NCBI RefSeq assembly: GCF_004010195.1
Contig: NW_025215376.1
Span: 1-64,000, forward strand
From: Chiloscyllium plagiosum
Lineage: Eukaryota
Reading direction: 5' to 3'
Length of the DNA: 64,000 nt
Shown here: one piece after another, positions 23,535 to 36,439 of the stretch
Layout of the letters: every line of letters starts with the position of its first letter
Position numbering within the stretch: position 1 is the first letter of the stretch
Program-made: the position numbers and the translations under genes
The notes under the pieces: generated by a model
Seen by the model: the letters and a program-made list of their open reading frames with translations, nothing else
Database searches by the model: none
Told to the model about the DNA's origin: nothing

Positions 23535-25258
23535 AAGAGCAAAGGACAAAGGGAATTACAGCAAAGGAACCGGCCCTTCAGCCCTCCAAGCCTGCGCTAG
23601 TCCAGATCCTCTATCTAAATCTGCTGCCTATTTTCTAAGGGTTTGTATTTCTTTGCTCCCTGTTCATTCATGTATCTGTCTGGATACATCCTAAATTATG
23701 CTATTGTTCCCACCCTTACCATCTCCACTGGGAACACGTTCCAGGCCCCCACCACTCTCTGCGTAAATAACTTTCCACACATATCTCTCCTAAACCTTTC
23801 CCCTCTCACCTTGAACTCCTGACCCTGAATAATTGAGTCCCCCCACTCTGGGGAAAAAGCTCCTTGTTATCCACCCTGTCTACACCTCTCATGATTTTGT
23901 AGGCCTCAATCAGGTCCCCCCTCAACCTCCGTCTTTCTAACGAAAACAATCCTAACCTGCTCAACCTCTCTTCGTAGCTAGCGCCCTCCATACCAGGCAG
24001 CCTCCTGGTGAACCTCCTCTGCACCCTCTCCAAAGCATCCACATCCTTTTGGTAATGTGGCGACCAGAACTGTATGCAGTATTCCAAATGCGGCCGAGCC
24101 AAAGTCTAATACAACTGGAACATGACCTGCCAAATCTTGTACTCACTACCGCGTCCGATGAAGGAAAGCATGCTGTATGCCTTCTTGACCACTCTACTGA
24201 CCTGCGTTGCCACCTTCAGGGGACAATGATTCTGAACAGCCAGATCTCTCTGTACATCAAGACTTTTCCATTTACCAGGAGTTTTCCATTTACTGTATTG
24301 TTTACTCATGAATTGAATCTTCCAAAATGTATCACCTTGCATTTGCCCAGATTGAACTCCATCTGCCATTTCTCTGCCCAACTCTCCAGTCTATCGATAT
24401 TCTGCTGTGTTCTCTGACAGTCTCCTTCACTATCTGCTACTCCGCCAATCTTAGTGTCATCTGCAAACTTGCTAATGAGGCAACCTACACCTTCCTCATA
24501 AAATCATTTATGTATATCACAAACAACAGTGGTCCCAGCATGGATCCCTGAGGAACACCACTGGTCACAGGTCTCCATTTTGAGAAGCACCCTTCCACTA
24601 CTACCCTCAGTCTCCTGTTGCCCAGCCAGTTCTGTATCCATCTAGCTTGGCCACCCTGGACCCCATGTGACTTCACCTTCTTCATCAGCTTACCATGAGG
24701 AACTTTATCAAATGCCTTACTGAAGTCCATGTATATGACGTCTACATCCCTTCCCTCACCAATCAACTTTGTCACCTCCTCAAAGAATTTGATTAGGTTT
24801 GTAAGACATGACCTTCCCTGCACAAAGCCATGTTGCTTATCACTGATAACCCCATTTTCTTCCAAATGGAAATATATACTATCCCTCAGTATCTTCTCCA
24901 GCAGCATCCCTACCACTGACGTCAGGCTCACCGGTCTATAATGACCTAGAGTATCCCTGCTACCCTTCTTAAACAAGGGGACAACATTAGCAATTCTCCA
25001 GTTCTCCAGGACCTCACCTGTGTTCAACGATGCTGCAAAGATATCCGTTAAAGCCCCAGCTATTTCCTCTCTCTCTTCCCTCAGTAACCTGGGATTGATC
25101 CCATCCGGACCTGGGGACTTGTCCTCCTTAATGCCTTTTAGAATACTGAACACTTCCTCCCTCCTTATGCCGACTTGACCCAGAGTAATCAAAGATTCTT
25201 TTCAAACAACTGTTCCCAATCTACATGCCCCAGCACCTGCCGAATTTTGGTATCATTG
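23535..25258 (-). mobile_element. CR1 LINE ORF2 (RT) 3' half, frameshifted
   Basis: [52 protein letters not shown] and PHLEYCIQFWSP. Confidence 0.96.
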
Positions 25259-25269
25259 ACCTTCCCCCA

Positions 25270-26090
25270 ATTTGGGTTGGGCGGTGGAGGCTTGTTTTTC
25301 AGACTGGAGGCCTGTGACCAGTGGAGTGCCACAAGGATCGGTGCTGGGTCCACTACTTTTCATCTTTTATATAAATGAGTTGGATATGAGCATAAGAGGT
25401 ATAGTTAGTAAGTTTGAAGATGACCCCAAAATTGGAGGTGTAGTGGACAGCGAAGAGGGTTACCTCAGATTACAACGAGATCTTGATTAGATGGGCCAAT
25501 CGGCCGAGAAGTGGCAGATGGAGTTTAATTCAGATAAATGTGAGGGGCTGCATTTTGGGAAAGCAAATCTTAGCAGGACTTATACACTTAATGGTAAGGT
25601 CCTAGGGAGTGTTGCTGAACAAAGAGACCTCAGGGTTGGAGGATTTGAACTATAGGGAGAGGCTGAACAGGCTGGGGCTGTTTTCCCTGGAGCATCGGAG
25701 GCTGAGAGGTGACCTTATAAAGGTTTATAAAATCATGAGGAGCATGGATAGGGTAAATAGACAAAATGTCTTCCCTTGGGTGGGGGAGTCCAGAACTAGA
25801 GGGCATAGTTTTAGGTTTAGAGGGGAAAGATATAAAAGAGACCTAAGGGGCAATGTTTTCACACAGAAGGTGGTACGTGTATGGAATGAGCTGCCAGAGG
25901 GTGTCGTGGAGGCTGGTACAATTGCAATATTTAAATAGTATCTGGATGGGTATATGAATAGGAAGGGTTTGGAGGGATATGGGCTGGGTGCAGGCAGGTG
26001 GGACGTGATTGGGTTGGGATATCTGGTCAGCATGGACAGGTTGGACCGAAGGGTCTGTTTCTGTGCTGGACATCTCTATGACTCCATGTA
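25270..26090 (+). mobile_element. Young CR1 3' fragment with an internal deletion near 25630
   Basis: [13 protein letters not shown] and RLNRLGLFSLE. A block present in the 48372 copy is missing here. Confidence 0.93.
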
Positions 26091-27630
26091 ACCAGGAAGG
26101 TGGAGATTAGGGACCCTCGACTTCCCGAAGGCATTGATAAGACGGGATCCACAAGGTTAGATCCAAGGGGGTTAAGGGTAGAGTATTGGCTTGGATAGAG
26201 GATTGGCTGACTGACTGACAGCAGAGGGTCAGGATGAATGGGTCCTTCTCAAGATGGCGTGAGGTAGTGTTGGGTTCAATTCACAGACCTCACCTATTTC
26301 TAATGAATATAAATGACCTGCAAACAAGGGCAAATTGTAACTTAGCAAAATCTGCAGTTGATATTAAAATAGTTGAGAAAGTAGGTTGCGATGATGAGGT
26401 AAAGAGTTTACAGATGGATATTGATATGCTATGAAAATGAGGTGAAAAATGTGTTGCTGGAAAAGCGCAGCAGGTCATGCAGCATCCAAGGAGCAGGAGA
26501 ATCGACGTTTCGGGCATAAGCCCTTCTTCAGGAATGAGGAAGGTGTGCCAAGCAGGCTAAGATAAAAGGTAGGGAGGAGGGACTTGGGGGGAGGGGGCGT
26601 TGGGTATGCGATAGGTGGAAGGAGGTTAAGGTGAGGGTGAGAATGGGTCAGGATCTGTCAGATGGAGATAAACGTGGATAAGTGTGAGGTTTTGCCAGAG
26701 AAATAAAAGGGCAAATTATTATTTCAATAAGAAGCACATTCAAAGTGCGTCAAGGCAGAGGGATCTGGGTGTCTATGTGCATGAACCGCAGAAAGTGGGT
26801 CTGCAAGTATCTAAAGGTATATGGAAACCTAGCATTTATTGCAAAAGAACCGCATTATAAAGGTGGTGTTATTACAATTACTTAAGGTGTTGGTGAGATC
26901 ATGCTTGGAGTATTGTCCAATTTTGGTCTCCTTACTTGAGGAAGGATATGATTGTACTGAGGATGTTCGCCAGGTTGATTCCAGGGATGAAAGGGATGTT
27001 GCACCAGGAGCAGTTGGATCGCTTGAGCTCATGCTGACTGGGGTTCAGAAGAATGAGGGGAATCCGATTGAAGTGTACAAAATGCTGATAAGGGTGATTA
27101 GATTAGATTAGATTACATTACATTACATTACAGTGTGGAAACAGGCCCTTCGGCCCAACAAGTCCACACCGAAGCGCAACCCACCCATACCCCTATATTT
27201 ACCTATTACCTAACACTACGGGCAATTTAACATGGTCAATTCACCTGACCTGCACATCTTTGGATTGTGGGAGGAAACCGGAGCACCTGGAGGAAACCCA
27301 CGCAGACACGGGGAGAATGTGCAAACTCCACACAGTCAGTCGCCTGAGGCGGGAATTGAACCCAGGTCTCAGGCGCTGTGAGGCAGCAGTGCTAACCACT
27401 GTTGAATGTTGAATGTTGAACAGATGCTCCCCCTTGTGGGATGGCCTTGAACGAGAGCTCACAGATATAGAGTTAGTGGAGGTAGGTTCAAAACTGAGGT
27501 GAGGAGAAACTATTGAGTGAATCAGTGGAACTCACCCAGAGTGCAGTGGAGGCAGAATCAGTCAACAGGTTCAAGAATGAAAGAGATACATTTGTGATGA
27601 AACGCAGGATAAAGTGAAGCAGGCAGGAGA
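26090..27630 (+). mobile_element. Old CR1 fragment interrupted by a Penelope terminal repeat (~26435-26640, -) and an HE1-type SINE (~27097-27402, -)
   Basis: Decayed RT motifs (LVRSCLEYC). The inserts match families found elsewhere in the window. Confidence 0.8.
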
Positions 27631-27639
27631 GTGGAGTTC

Positions 27640-28280
27640 AAACATAGAAGAGTACAGGCCCTTCGGCCCTCGACGTTATGCTGATCTTTCATACTACTCT
27701 AAGATCAAACTAACTTACATACCCTTCATTTTACTATCATCCATGTGCCTAACCAAGAGTCGCTTAGGTGACCTGAATGTATCTGATTCTACTGCCACTG
27801 TTAGCAGTGCATTCCACGCACCCACCACTCTCTGTGCAAAGATTCTACCTCTGACATCTCCCCTAAACCTTCCTCCAATCACTTTAAAAATGCCCCCTGA
27901 TGATAGCCATTTCTGCCCTGGGAGAGCGTCTCTGGCTATCCATTCCATGCCCCTCATCATCTTGTCCACTTCAATCAAGTCACGTCTCATCCTTCTTCAC
28001 TCCAGTGAGAAAAACCCTAGCTCCCTCAACCTTTCTTCATGAGACAGGCCCTCCAGTCCAGGCAGCATCCTGATAAATCTCCCCTGCACCCTCTCTAAAG
28101 GCTGTCACACCATTCCCGTAAAGAGGTGACCAGAACTGAACACAATATTCCAAGTGACGTCTCACCAGGGCTCTATTGAGCTGCAGCATAACCTCTTAAA
28201 CTTGATCCCCCTGCTAATAAAAGGTCAACACACCATGTGCCTTCTTAGCAACTCTATCAGCTTGGGTGGCAACTTTGAGA
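27640..28280 (-). mobile_element. CR1 3' fragment
   Basis: RRDLIEVDKMMRG and FRGDVRGRIFAQRVV. Confidence 0.9.
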
Positions 28281-28582
28281 TCAGTCATGAACATGTTAAA
28301 TGACAGAGCGAGCTCGAAGGATAGATTGCCTACTCCCGCTCCTAACCCCTATGTTCTGTGCTGCTAGACCCACTGAGGTTCCCTGGAACTTTCTGTTTTT
28401 ATTCCTGCTCCCACATTCCTTCGATCAGAGAGATATGTTTGGGAAAAAAACACTATGCTGTTGACATATGTTTGAGAGAGAGATCGAGAGATGAATATTT
28501 GTGTTCGGGATTCCAGGTACTCTTTTTCAACTAGTTCAGAGATGCTGTTAACAATATCTCTGGAGGAGATAGCATTCGAACT

Positions 28583-28800
28583 GAAAATGTGTTGCTGGAA
28601 AAGCGCAGCAGGTCAGGCAGCATCCAGGGAACAGGAGAATCGATGTTTCGGGCATAAGCCCTTCTTCATTCCTGAAGAAGGGCTTATGCCCGAAACGTCG
28701 ATTCTCCTGCCCCTTGGATGCTGCCTGACCTGCTGCGCTTTTCCAGCACCACATTTTCAGCTCTGATCTCCAGCATCTGCAGACCTCACTTTCTCCTCAA
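28583..28800. mobile_element. Palindromic Penelope terminal-repeat cassette with two hammerhead-like motifs
   Basis: Near-perfect inverted repeat centred near 28670. The 16-bp duplication AGATAGCATTCGAACT is at 28567 and 28801. Confidence 0.85.
28667..28704 (+). ncRNA. Minimal type I hammerhead ribozyme motif
   Basis: CATTC-CTGAAGA-A-GGGC(TTAT)GCCC-GAAAC-GTC-GATT: the CUGANGA and GAAA core boxes, a 4-bp helix II and a GUC cleavage triplet. Confidence 0.65.
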
Positions 28801-28834
28801 AGATAGCATTCGAACTCAAGCCTACTAGTTCTTA

Positions 28835-29880
28835 GAATATAGTATAGGCCCTTCGGCCCTCGATGTTGTACCAATGTGTGAAACCAATTTGAAGCCCATT
28901 GAACCTACAGTATTCTATTATGGTCCATATGTTTATCCAGTGAGTACTTAAATGCCCTTGAAGTTGGTGAGTCTACTATGGTTGCAGGCGGTCCATTCCA
29001 TACCCTTACTACTCTCTGGTAAAGAAACTACATCTGACATCTTGCCTTTATCTATCATCCCTCAATTTGAAGCTATGTCCCTCAAGCTCATAGTAACCCA
29101 CAAAATTCAAACAGGACCAGACAGGGCAAAAACAGGAAGGATGTTTCAACTAACCCAAGATGCCATAACAGGGGATCACAGTCTGAGGGGAAAGTGAGGT
29201 CTGCAGACGCTGGAGATCAAAGCTGAAACTTTATTGCTGGAACAGCACAGCAGGTCAGGCAGCATCTAGGGAACAGAAGATTCGACGTTTCGGGCATAAG
29301 CCCTTCTTCATTCCTGAAGAAGGGCATGTGCCCGAAACGTCGAATCACAGTCTGAGGGTACAGGGTAGGCCATTTAGGACAGAGATGAGGAGGAAAAACT
29401 GCTGCCTCGCAGTGCCAGGGACCCGGGTTCGATTCCCACTTTGGACGGCTTTCTGTGTGGAGTTTGCCCATTCTCCCCGTGCCTGCGTGGGTTTGCTCCG
29501 GTTTCCTCCCACAACCCAAAGATGGCAAGGTCAGGTGAATTGACCATGCTAAATTGCCCTGAGTGATTGGTGCATTAATAGGGAGTCGGGGAGCGGGTCT
29601 GGGTGGGTTACTCTTCGGAGGGTCAGTGTGGACTTGTTGGGCCGAAGGGCCTGTTTCCACGCTGTAGGGATTCTAGTCTAAAACAAAGCCTTCACCCAGA
29701 GAGTGGTAAGCCTCTGGAATTCTCTACCACAGAAAGCTGTCGAGCCAGAGACATAGATCACAGGACTAAAGGAATCAAAGGGTATGGGGGAGAAATTGGG
29801 AACAGGGGACTGATTTGGATAATCAACCATGACCTTTACCAACAGTGGAGCAGAGTTGAGGGGGCCAAATGGCCTACTAT
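28835..29880. mobile_element. CR1 fragments on both strands, containing a Penelope palindrome (29190-29343) and an HE1-type SINE (~29400-29680)
   Basis: CR1 3' sequences and the 15-bp duplication ATCACAGTCTGAGGG at 29175 and 29344. SINE core present. Confidence 0.82.
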
Positions 29881-30246
29881 TTTCAGTGATTGTGAATATT
29901 AATCTGTGAAGAAGATTTCTATTAAAAGTCCACTAAATCCAATTAAAAAGTTCTAAAAATCAGATAAACATCAATCCACATGATTATCTGTACAGCATAA
30001 TACTCATTAAATGTCATTTAACATGCCCAATTGTTTTGGGTTTTTTTTTCAAGAAAATGAAATTCATTAAGCTTTCCAGAAATGACTGCTTCAAGACTGC
30101 CACAGTTGGCAAATGGAAAGCTACACCCGCCAGGGTTTGTTCTAAATTTGTTTGTTGCCGTGGAGTTAGTATCAGACTGTGTGACCAATACAGAATGGGA
30201 CACGACCTGTGAAAGGTGACAAGGGTCACATTAACGCCGTTCCACA

Positions 30247-30582
30247 GGGGCAGCACAGTGGCTCAGCGGTTAGCACTGCTGCCTCACAGCGTCAGGGACC
30301 CAGGTTCGATTCCAGCCTTGGGTGACTGTCTGTGTGGAGTTTGCACGTTCTCCCCGTGTCTGCGAGGGTTTCCTCTGGGTGCTCTGGTTTATTCCCACAG
30401 TCCAAAGATGAGCAGGTTAGGTGAACTGACCAGGCTAAATTACCCACAGTGTTAGGTGCATTAGTCAGGGGTAAATATATGGTAGAGGAATGGGTCTGGG
30501 TGGGTTACTCTTCGGAGGACTGGTGTGTTTTTATTGGGCCGAAGGGCCTGTTTCCATACTGTAGGGAATCTAATCTAATCTA
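30247..30582 (+). mobile_element. HE1-type SINE, full length
   Basis: Boxes A and B, core and (AATCT)n tail. Confidence 0.92.
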
Positions 30583-30584
30583 CC

Positions 30585-31524
30585 TTCCAAAAGAAGAAAT
30601 TTCTCCTCATCTTTGTCTGAGATGCATGACCCCCTAATTATGAGATTAATGCTCTCTGGTCCTGGACTCTCCCACAGGGAGAACATATCTCCCCAGCAAG
30701 TCCTCTAAGAGTGTTGTATGTTTCAATAAAGTCACCTCTCACTCTTCCAAATTCCAATGAGTACTGAGGAAGGGTCATGGAACCTGAAATGTGAACTCTG
30801 ATTTCCCCCCATAGATCCTGCTCTGCCTTTCCAGCAAATTCTGGTTTTGTTTCCAAACCTACTCAACCTCTCCTCATAAGGCCATTCCCGCCATCAGTCA
30901 TGGGAGCGGCATGGTGACTCAGTGGCTAGCACTGCTGTCCCTCTGTGCCTGGGACCCGGGTTTGATTCCAGCCTTGGGTGAGTGGGGATTTTGCACGTTC
31001 TCTCCCACACCCCCACCTCAGCCCCCACCCCCTCCACCGTGTCTGCATGGGTTTTCTCTGGGTGCTCCGGTTTCTTCCTACAGTCCAAAGATGTGCAGGT
31101 TAGTTGGACTGGTCATGCTGAATTGCTGCATAGTGTCCAGGGATGGGCTGGCTAGATACAGTAAATGGGTGGTGGGGCTGGTGGGATCCAGGACTGCATG
31201 GGATATTTTTTGAAGGGGGTCAGTGCAGATTCAATGAACCAAATGGCCTCTTGCTGCACTTTAAAGAGTCCTTGATTCTATCAACAAATAAGAACAAACT
31301 CTTCAGATTTAAACAACTTTCTGCATCAAATCTCTTGCCCATTTTATTCCTAAAACAAGCATAAGGTTAGATTACCTACAGTGTAGAAACAGGCCTAACA
31401 AGTCCACACCGACCCTCCGAAGAGTAGCCCACCCAGATCCACTCCCCTATCGTATATTTACCCCTGACTAATGCTCCTAGGGCAATTTAGCCTGGCCAAT
31501 TCGTCTGACCCACACATCTTTGGA
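30585..31524. mobile_element. Cluster: CR1 fragment (-), Penelope repeat fragment (~30762-30855), diverged SINE (~30903-31280, +), SINE 3' part (~31366-31524, -)
   Basis: Matches to families defined elsewhere in the window. Confidence 0.7.
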
Positions 31525-32057
31525 CATACTTTTATCTCATGTTTTAATTTATCAAAAAGCGACAGGTTCAGTTTGCACTGTAGCCAAATATGTTACCAAT
31601 ATGCCCAGGTTCTATCACCAACAACTACTCAATTGCAACTACCTTGGCTTGCTTGCATTGTGTATCTTGCCTGCCTAATGTATCTGAAGGAGGGAAACAG
31701 ATATGGATAATTCATAAGGCCACTGGCACAGTGTCTTTAACCCATCAGCAATGTAGCACTGATTAAAATGTGCTTGCACACGGTTCATGCCAAATTATCA
31801 GACAACATTTAATGTGCTTCAGAAAAAAAAAACCAAACATCAGCAGCAAATAAGTCTGAAAGAACAAATAGGCTGGAAAAGCAATGCGCACAGCCTGGCC
31901 AGGTAAACATTACACTAAATCCAACCCTCGTAACATTGAAGAAGGCTGTGCATGTCCATTTTGCAATACCAAGGAACACAAGTCTATTGAGCAAGTGCTG
32001 AAAATTAGGATGTCAACAGTTAGGTCAAAACTGAAGAAAACCTGTTGTAAATCACAC

Positions 32058-32258
32058 AAAAAAAAGCAGAAATTGCTGGAAAAGCTCAGCACTTCTGGCA
32101 GTATCTGTGAAGTGAAACCAGAGTTAACGTTTTGGGTTCCTCACTCTTCCTCAGAAGCATTCTGAGGAAAGGCCACCGGACCCAAAACGTTAACTCTGGT
32201 TTCTCTTCACAGATGCTGCCAGACCTGCTGAGCTTTTCCAGCAATTTCTGCTTTTGTT
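32058..32258. mobile_element. Palindromic Penelope-like terminal-repeat cassette, variant family
   Basis: Inverted arms around CCTCAGAA-gca-TTCTGAGG, with a degenerate hammerhead core. Confidence 0.75.
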
Positions 32259-32486
32259 TGAGATTAGTTGGGGGCCTATTTAGACTCGATGGGCTGAAGG
32301 GCCTTTTTCTGTGGTGTAGACCTCTGTGCTGTAGAATTCTGATAACAGTCACAGACACAAAGATTGGGTGAGTTCTAGGAACTCACTTTGAGTACCACTT
32401 TCGATGTGATTCAACTAGTTTCATCTGAAAGTTATTTGACTTTTCTTTTACATTCACTCTCAGAATGCAGTGTAAGATTGCTAGGC

Positions 32487-32845
32487 AAAAGTGAGGACTG
32501 CAGATGCTGGAGATCAGAGTCTAGATGAGAGTGGTGCTGGAAAAGCACAGCAGGTCAGGAGAAGGAAAATCGAGGTTTCGGGCAAAAGCCTTTCATCAGG
32601 AATGAGACAGGGAGCCTCCAAGGTGGAGAGATAAATGATTACGACAATGTCAGCCTGGTGAACCTCATGGAATATGAGTTCCCCAATTGGGGCTGTTAAC
32701 CTGATTCAATCAGGGAGCCCTGGATGACAGGGATTCTGCTCATTCTGAGAGCAGGCTCTGAGGGAGCTGGAGCAGTGTCAAAGAATCTCTGCACATAAAT
32801 AAAAGGTGACTTGGTAATGAGGTACCGGCCTGTACGCTGCTGTTT
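32487..32845. mobile_element. Penelope terminal repeat (-) abutting a solo-LTR-like element (~32640-32845)
   Basis: GTGAGGACTGCAGATGCTGGAGATCAG marks the Penelope end. AATAAAAGGTGACTTGGTAATG is related in reverse to 7890-8119. Confidence 0.65.
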
Positions 32846-33361
32846 CAAACGGGCATCACTGAAGATGCATTCGTTATCCATCCCTAATTGTCCAGAGGAC
32901 AGTTCGGAGTCAACCACATTGCTGTGGGGCTGTTATCAGAATTCTCGCAGTTATTGAGTCATAGAGCTCTACAGCACAGAAAAAGGCCCTTCAGCCCATC
33001 GAGTCTAAACAGGCGCCTATCTATTCTTAAGCAAAAGCAGAAATTGCTGGAAAAGCTCAGCAGATCTGGCAGCATCTGTGAAGTGAAATCAGAGTTAACG
33101 TTTTGGGTCTGACCACTCTTCCTCAGAAGCGTTGTGAAGAAAGTCCCCGGACCCGAAACGTTAACTCTGGTTTCTGTGGAACTGGAGTCATGTCTCGGCC
33201 AGACCAGGTAAGGAGGGCCGGTTCTCTTCTTGAAAACGGGTGAGTGAACCTGAAGGGATTTTTCAACCATCACCCTGAGATACTCGTCTCCAGACTGTTT
33301 TTTCTTGATTGAATTCCGATTACACCATCTCCCCAGCAGGATTTGAATTCAAGCCCCCAGA

Positions 33362-33646
33362 ATTAGATTAGATTAGTGTGGAAACAGGTCCTTCGGCCCA
33401 ACAAGTCCCCACCGACCCACTGAAGTGCAACCCACCCAGACCCATTCCCCTACGCCTAACGCTACGGGCAATTCACCTAACTTGCATATTTTTGGACAGT
33501 GAGAGGAAACCGGAGCACCCGGAGGAAACCCACGCAGACACGGGGAGAATGTGCAGATTCCGCACAGTCAGTCGCCTGAGGCGGGAATTGAACCCAGGTC
33601 TCTGGCGCCGTGAGGCAGCAGTGCTAACCACTGCCACTGTGCCGCC
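33362..33646 (-). mobile_element. HE1-type SINE
   Basis: Reverse complement of the SINE head, core and tail. Confidence 0.9.
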
Positions 33647-34779
33647 CAATGTTACCTGGAGCTTGAGATTAATAAGATTAGAGTGGTGCAGGAAAAGCAC
33701 AGCAGGTCAGTCAGCATCCTAGGAGCAGGAAAACCATTGAGATTAGTAGCCTAGCAATAATACCACCTGGGCCAGCCCCTCCCTTCAGGTGACTTGTATT
33801 TGCCACAAACATCACAGTGCAATCTTTGTTGATCTGTCAGACAATTGTTTGATAGCAAATACCACATCAGGCCTGTCAACTGATTTGGCGATTAACAGGG
33901 CCCAGCATGTCACAAGGAAGAAATAGAACATTGATCATAAGGAAGACTCTTAATTGTGAGTTTGACTATTCCGAGAGCAACATGGGAAACCACTCAGCAG
34001 CATTACAAACTGAAAAGACCAAAATGTGATTTCCAAAAGATTCTCAGACTTCCGATCAACTTGCCCAGTCGCATCATTGAGTTAAACTAAACGTGCATGA
34101 TCTCCTGTTATAACAGGGAATCTGTTATAGATTCAGCTTACAACAAACCAATTCTCACTGGGCACGATTCTGTGATACTCTGGCGTGTTCCGCCACCCAA
34201 ACACCAGACTGCTCCATAGCTCCAATTTTGCCCAATACTCGGGCAATTAAAGTGCAGCCAGTGTGCAGAATAATCAGCAGCATAAGACCATAAGACATAG
34301 GAGTGGAAGTAAGGCCATTCGGCCCATCGAGTCCACTCCACCATTCAATCATGGCTGATGCGCATTTCAGCTCCACTTACCAGCGTTCTCCCCGTAGCCC
34401 TTAATTCCTCAGACAAGAATCTCTACCATTAAGCTTTCAAACGTTGAAGCATGTGGGTGGTGAGGGGGGTTGGTGTGGGGTGTCTGCCAGCATGGAACAG
34501 AATCCTGGTCCTGCAGGCTTCCCGCACAGAAACCACGTTTGCCATTGTGACCGTGTTTTGAACAGGTAAGAGTGAGGCACTTAGAAACATTTCAGACCAT
34601 GCCATTGGGTAACGTTTGCTTCAGAGATGGCCCCAAAGGACTAATGTTATGACACAGGGAGAGCCAAACAAATTAATTCAGCCCTGCTTTCACTGGACTT
34701 GCAACAGTGACATTAAAATATACAATGATGCTCAAAATTGCCCAGCTGTTCCTAAGTAGACTTTATGAATCCCAAATAT

Positions 34780-35245
34780 TGAATTGAATTTATTGTTATG
34801 TGTACCATGGCACAGTGGAAACCTTTGTCTTGTGAGCAATACAGGCAGATCACAGAGTTAAGTAGCATAGATAGTAAATAATAGGTAAACAGCAGCAAAA
34901 ACAAAAACACAGATACAGGTGAATGTTAAGAGTTTGTGTTTCCCTGACAGTGGGCCTGGTAGATGGATTCTATAGATGGGAGGTTGGCCTTTGTGATCGT
35001 CCGAGCCGAGTTCACCATACTCTGTAACCATCTCCGATCTTGAATGGTACAGTTGCCGTACCAGGGAGTGATACATCCAGACAGAGTGCTCTCGATGGCA
35101 CACCTATAAAAGTTGGCAAGGGTACTGCCAAATTTCCTCAGCTGACTGAGGAAAAAGAAATGTTGTTGGGCCTTTGTAACCAGTGCGTCCACATGAACAG
35201 ACCAAGAAAGCTTGTTGTGGATGACCACTCAGGGCTTGACACTCT
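34780..35245 (-). mobile_element. Rex1/Babar-type LINE 3' fragment
   Basis: LSWSVHVDALVTKAQQHFFFLSQLRKFG and NFYRCAIESTLSGCITPWYGNC match the Rex1/Babar RT C-terminus. Confidence 0.8.
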
Positions 35246-35389
35246 ATCAGATACCAAATTTAAAATTTAAATAGAAATTAATGTTTTATTATTAATGCTG
35301 TAACTTTAAGAGTAAGTTTGTACAACAAGCTTGCCAAGGGTACCTGAGAGATAACCAAACCTGGAATGGGGTTAAACTGGAAAGAGGAA

Positions 35390-35695
35390 CAGCGTTAGGG
35401 ACCTGGATTCGATTCCAACCTCGGGGCAACTGTCTGTGTGCAGTTTGTACATTCTTCCCGTGTCTGCGTGGGTTTCCACTGGGTTCTCTGGTTTCCTCCC
35501 ACTGTCCAAAGATGTGCAGGTTAGGGTGAATTGGCCATGCTAAATTGCCCGTAGTGTTCAGGGATGTGGAGGTTAGGTGCATTAGTCAGGGGAAATATAG
35601 AGTAGTAGGGTAGGGCAATAGGTCTAGGAGGGTTACTCTTCGGAGGGTTGGTGTGAACTTGTTGGGCCGAAGGGCCTGTTTCCACACTGTAGGGA
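35390..35695 (+). mobile_element. HE1-type SINE
   Basis: Box B, core and 3' end. Confidence 0.88.
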
Positions 35696-36144
35696 CTTGA
35701 TGAAAAGTGACGAGGAAGAGCAGAAGATGGGAGAAGTAAAGTCAAGCATTGACTGTGCTTTAAATGCAGAATGCTATCAAAAAGACCAAGTTAAAGGCAC
35801 TCTTCCTGAATATACACAACATTGACAACAACATGGATGATCCAAAGGCTCAAATAGATGTAAGCAGTTATATAGAAACATCCCTGAGCCTCACTAGCGT
35901 TTGAAGAATAAGAAAGGACCTAATTGAAATAGATAAACCATTTAACAAGGGGTGAACAGACGAGGTGCGGGGAGAATGTTTACCCTGCCCAGGGAATCTG
36001 GAGGCAGCGGCCACTGTCTCAGGATACAGGGCAGATCTTAGCAGACTGAAATGAGGAAACATTTCCTCAGCGTTATGTCTGAAAATATATTTCCTCAGCG
36101 TTATGCCTGAAAATATATTTTCCTCCAAAACTTAGTGATGAACA

Positions 36145-36436
36145 TCAGCATGACATAGTGGTTAATATTGCTGCCTCACAATACCAAGAATCCGTGTTCA
36201 AATCCAGACTTGGGTAACCGTCGTATGGAGCTTGTGCATTCTCCCCTTGTCTATATGTCTTTTTGCTAGGTGCTCTGGTTTCCTCCCACAGACCAAAAAC
36301 GTGCAAGTTAGGTGGTCTGGCCACCTAATTGCCCCATTGGTATCCGAAGATATGCAGGCTAGGTGGGTTAGCCATACTTAATGTGGGCATAGGATGGGGT
36401 GCTCTTCAGAAGGTCAGTATGGACTCGATGGGCCAA
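36145..36436 (+). mobile_element. Diverged HE1-type SINE
   Basis: Degenerate boxes and core GGTGCTCTGGTTTCCTCCCACAG. Confidence 0.7.
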
Positions 36437-36439
36437 GTG

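Noticed and set aside
23535..26090. Back-to-back CR1s as one twin-primed inversion
   Set aside because: Both pieces have their own 3' tail, overlap in consensus coordinates and differ in subfamily.
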